A DNA stretch of 64,000 nt from Podarcis filfolensis (taxonomy: Eukaryota): the NCBI GenBank assembly GCA_964270895.1, contig OZ185437.1; one strand, given 5' to 3'. How positions within the stretch are numbered: position 1 is the stretch's first letter; the number at the start of each line of letters is the position of its first letter. The notes under the pieces were generated by a model. The model had not been told where the DNA came from. It was given only the letters and a program-made list of their open reading frames with translations, and ran no database searches. A program made the position numbers and the translations under genes. Shown in pieces: positions 61,393 through 64,000 of the stretch.

Positions 61393-63429
61393 TAAACATT
61401 CCGTGTAGTGACCGTAACCTACATTTAAGGTACCTAATGGCACATACCCATTAGCTCTTTAGAAACCATGCTGTTGTTGTTGTACCCTACCTAAAGGTAG
61501 CTTACAGATAAAAATAAGGACTGTTAAATACACAGAGAGAAACAATTTAAGCCTTCTGGTTCTGAAAATACTGATGCCAAGCTTACATTGCCCTCAGGTG
61601 TATCCTTCCTGTTACTGTTCCTTTGCCAATAAGAAATTATATCCCTTGATTGGATGGTGAGTGGAATTAACATTTCCCCCCACTTCAGATAAAAGTCATT
61701 AGTGCACACACATGTTGATAGGGACAGGCTAGTTTTGGAGTGAAGAAACTTTTTTTTTTGGTAGCTGGTACTGCCAGACTGTATGGTCACTTCTGGCTCA
61801 GGGCTTAATCTACACACATGGAACATGTTGCTGCATGTCCTTAAGAGGTGGAGGCAGGGCAAGGTATGTGGTCAGATTGTGCAGTTTTGCACAGGTTTGG
61901 CATGCTTAATTGAAATAGACCAGTATGACATGCAGATAATCTATCCTTTTCAGCTACCCAAATGCGTCTTCAATCAAGGAATAGAATTGTGCAGCAAATG
62001 ACAGTTGTAGACTGCCTGAGCTAAGCTGTGTTGCAAGTTCTCCTGAACAGGGCCATTAAATAAGGGAACGATGAATATAGTCTCCTGCAAACATAGAACA
62101 TACTTAACACCATGCTTACACTATGCATGACTTCGCTAATGGTTCATTCAGCATGAAGACAGTCAATTCGTATCTGCTCAATTGCCTAGCATTTAGAAAA
62201 AGTGAGTATATTGAGTGCTTTGTGAAAAACATGCAGATATTTATGAGATTTTAGACGGTGAATTTATTTAACAGAATCTGAACAGGTTGGTGCAATTATG
62301 GGCACATTAGAATCTGGAATAAGAATATGAATATGAATAAGAATATGGTAAAAAGATCAGCACACTTATTCATATTACTTATTGGTGGTTTGGGGAAGTT
62401 TAAATTATCCAAGAACAAACATTTCTCTTTACTGAATTTCAGAGATTGGTACAACTGAAGAACTATGTGTTCTGTTCTTCTTGTTGTTGTTTACGGTAAA
62501 TTTACAATTGTCCCTATCTGTGACCTCACAAACAGGGCTTCTTGGAAATTAAAACATTTGCTACAACACGGTTGTGCTATAATTTTTATATTCGTAAGCA
62601 ATTCCGCAAAAAGTTTACATTTTAAAAGTTGCTGAACAATTTGTATAACAATTTGTCATGAATGGTATTGTTGCCAAGAGTAGTTCTCCCCACCCATCCC
62701 TTTTTATAGTTGTTGCTGCTGTTATTGGCCAGTCTTTTCTATGGGTGATAAAGTCTAAAAAAATCAAATGTATAACTGAGCCATGGACTTAGAATATTCT
62801 ATCTTATGTTTTATTACAAGGTTATATAAATAGTTGCATTTTATTTGTGTGAAGTCCATACATTTCTATCATATAGACACCTAGAAATCTGAGGCCGGAA
62901 AAATCCAGCAAAGATGCATGTGATGCAGGAAAAACCCCCTGCATACCTGGCCAGACCTTGTTTTACTGCAGCAGTTCTCGGTATTGAAAAGACAAATTGC
63001 TTCTTCAGCTAATCTCTTTTTGGCAGTGCTTCATACTGCAGCAAAAGGAGAAAGCAAAGTTATGTCTGCGCGCATAGTTGTTGTATTTGCCCCTGTGTCT
63101 TTTCTTCCTTTGGAGACATGCCACACTAGCTCTGTGGTGTCCAGTACACAATTTGTTACACATTTATTGATATATCTGCATTGTGTTTATACCTGCAGCA
63201 GCTTTCAGTAAATATATTGAAACAGTAAGCAGATTTAATAAATTAACAATATTGCAACAGCAGCACAAAAACCAAATGACAGCAGAGTGAACATTTATTT
63301 ATTTGTGCAAATTTGTATGTGGTTAATCATAAAGAATATCAAAGTGGTATAAAATATAAAACACCATGAATTAGAAATTTAGTAAGATACCTTCAGAAAA
63401 ATGATTTATGTGTCTTTGTACCCAAACTC

Positions 63430-63720
63430 GGTATATGTTAATTTGTTACGAGAACCAATAAAGTTGGTCAAAAGCTGTCTTGACCAAAGCCACCACTTCA
63501 ATACTCCCAGATGATGTACCTGCTCCTCCGACTCTAGAACAGGTTGTCATAGGGTCTGCTGTCCTCACTACCTTCATCTTATTTGGATTAAGCTTCAGTT
63601 TGTTGGCCCATGTCCAGCCTTTCACTGATTTCAAATACAAGAGCTTCACGGGTTACTTAAAGTGAGATTTAAAAGCTGCTGGGGGCAGGGGGAATAGGCT
63701 GTGATGAGCTCCCCTGCAGG
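63430..63720 (-). mobile_element. Old L2 LINE RT fragment
   Basis: WTWANKLKLNPNKMKV matches the L2 WM-xN-LKLNPxKTE motif. Confidence 0.7.
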
Positions 63721-64000
63721 ACCTCAGAAGTCAACTCTCATGTGGACAAACAGAAATGTGTAATACTATCTTCAGAGACCTGTCCTCCAGGATAGATTAG
63801 AACCTTGAAATGCACTCCAGATACTGATAATGAGAAAATTGATTGCTCAGTGGCACTGAAAGTTGATGCAATTAAGTGCTATCGAAATTTGTGGAAGTAC
63901 TCATTTCCCCATTGGCAAGACAAGTTTCACTCAGTTTTACAGTTCTAGAAATTTACTCAGTGGGTTTCCATTGGCATCCTGTCTCTGATTGGAGAAGGGT

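Overview
Vertebrate genomic DNA, almost certainly a squamate reptile and probably a lacertid lizard. This is inferred from Sauria-type SINEs with (ACCTTT)n tails, Bov-B LINE 3' ends, CR1/L2 LINEs and many hAT and Tc1/mariner MITEs. I cannot support any complete protein-coding gene. The centre of the window (~35.9-37.15 kb) is a CpG-island promoter with RFX X-box, TCTCGCGA and YY1 motifs. It is followed by a GC-rich, ATG-less first exon on the + strand with a splice donor at 36442. The remaining ~27 kb looks like a long first intron, and I do not recognise the gene. The upstream 35 kb is TE-rich with only weak, unverified exon candidates and a 174-N assembly gap. The most unusual structure is a 2.23-kb minus-strand retroposon (29757-31988) bounded by a perfect 17-bp target-site duplication. 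It has a GC-rich L1-like 5' end, one coiled-coil-like ORF, no recognisable reverse transcriptase, and two poly(A) signal/tail pairs suggesting a ~60-bp 3' transduction. Also notable are a hAT MITE nested in the tRNA head of a SINE and two LINE/SINE partner pairs that can be checked within the window. Most listed ORFs are spurious or TE-derived. Family names come from recalled consensus features, not database searches. I found no CRISPR, rRNA, genuine tRNA gene or prokaryotic content.
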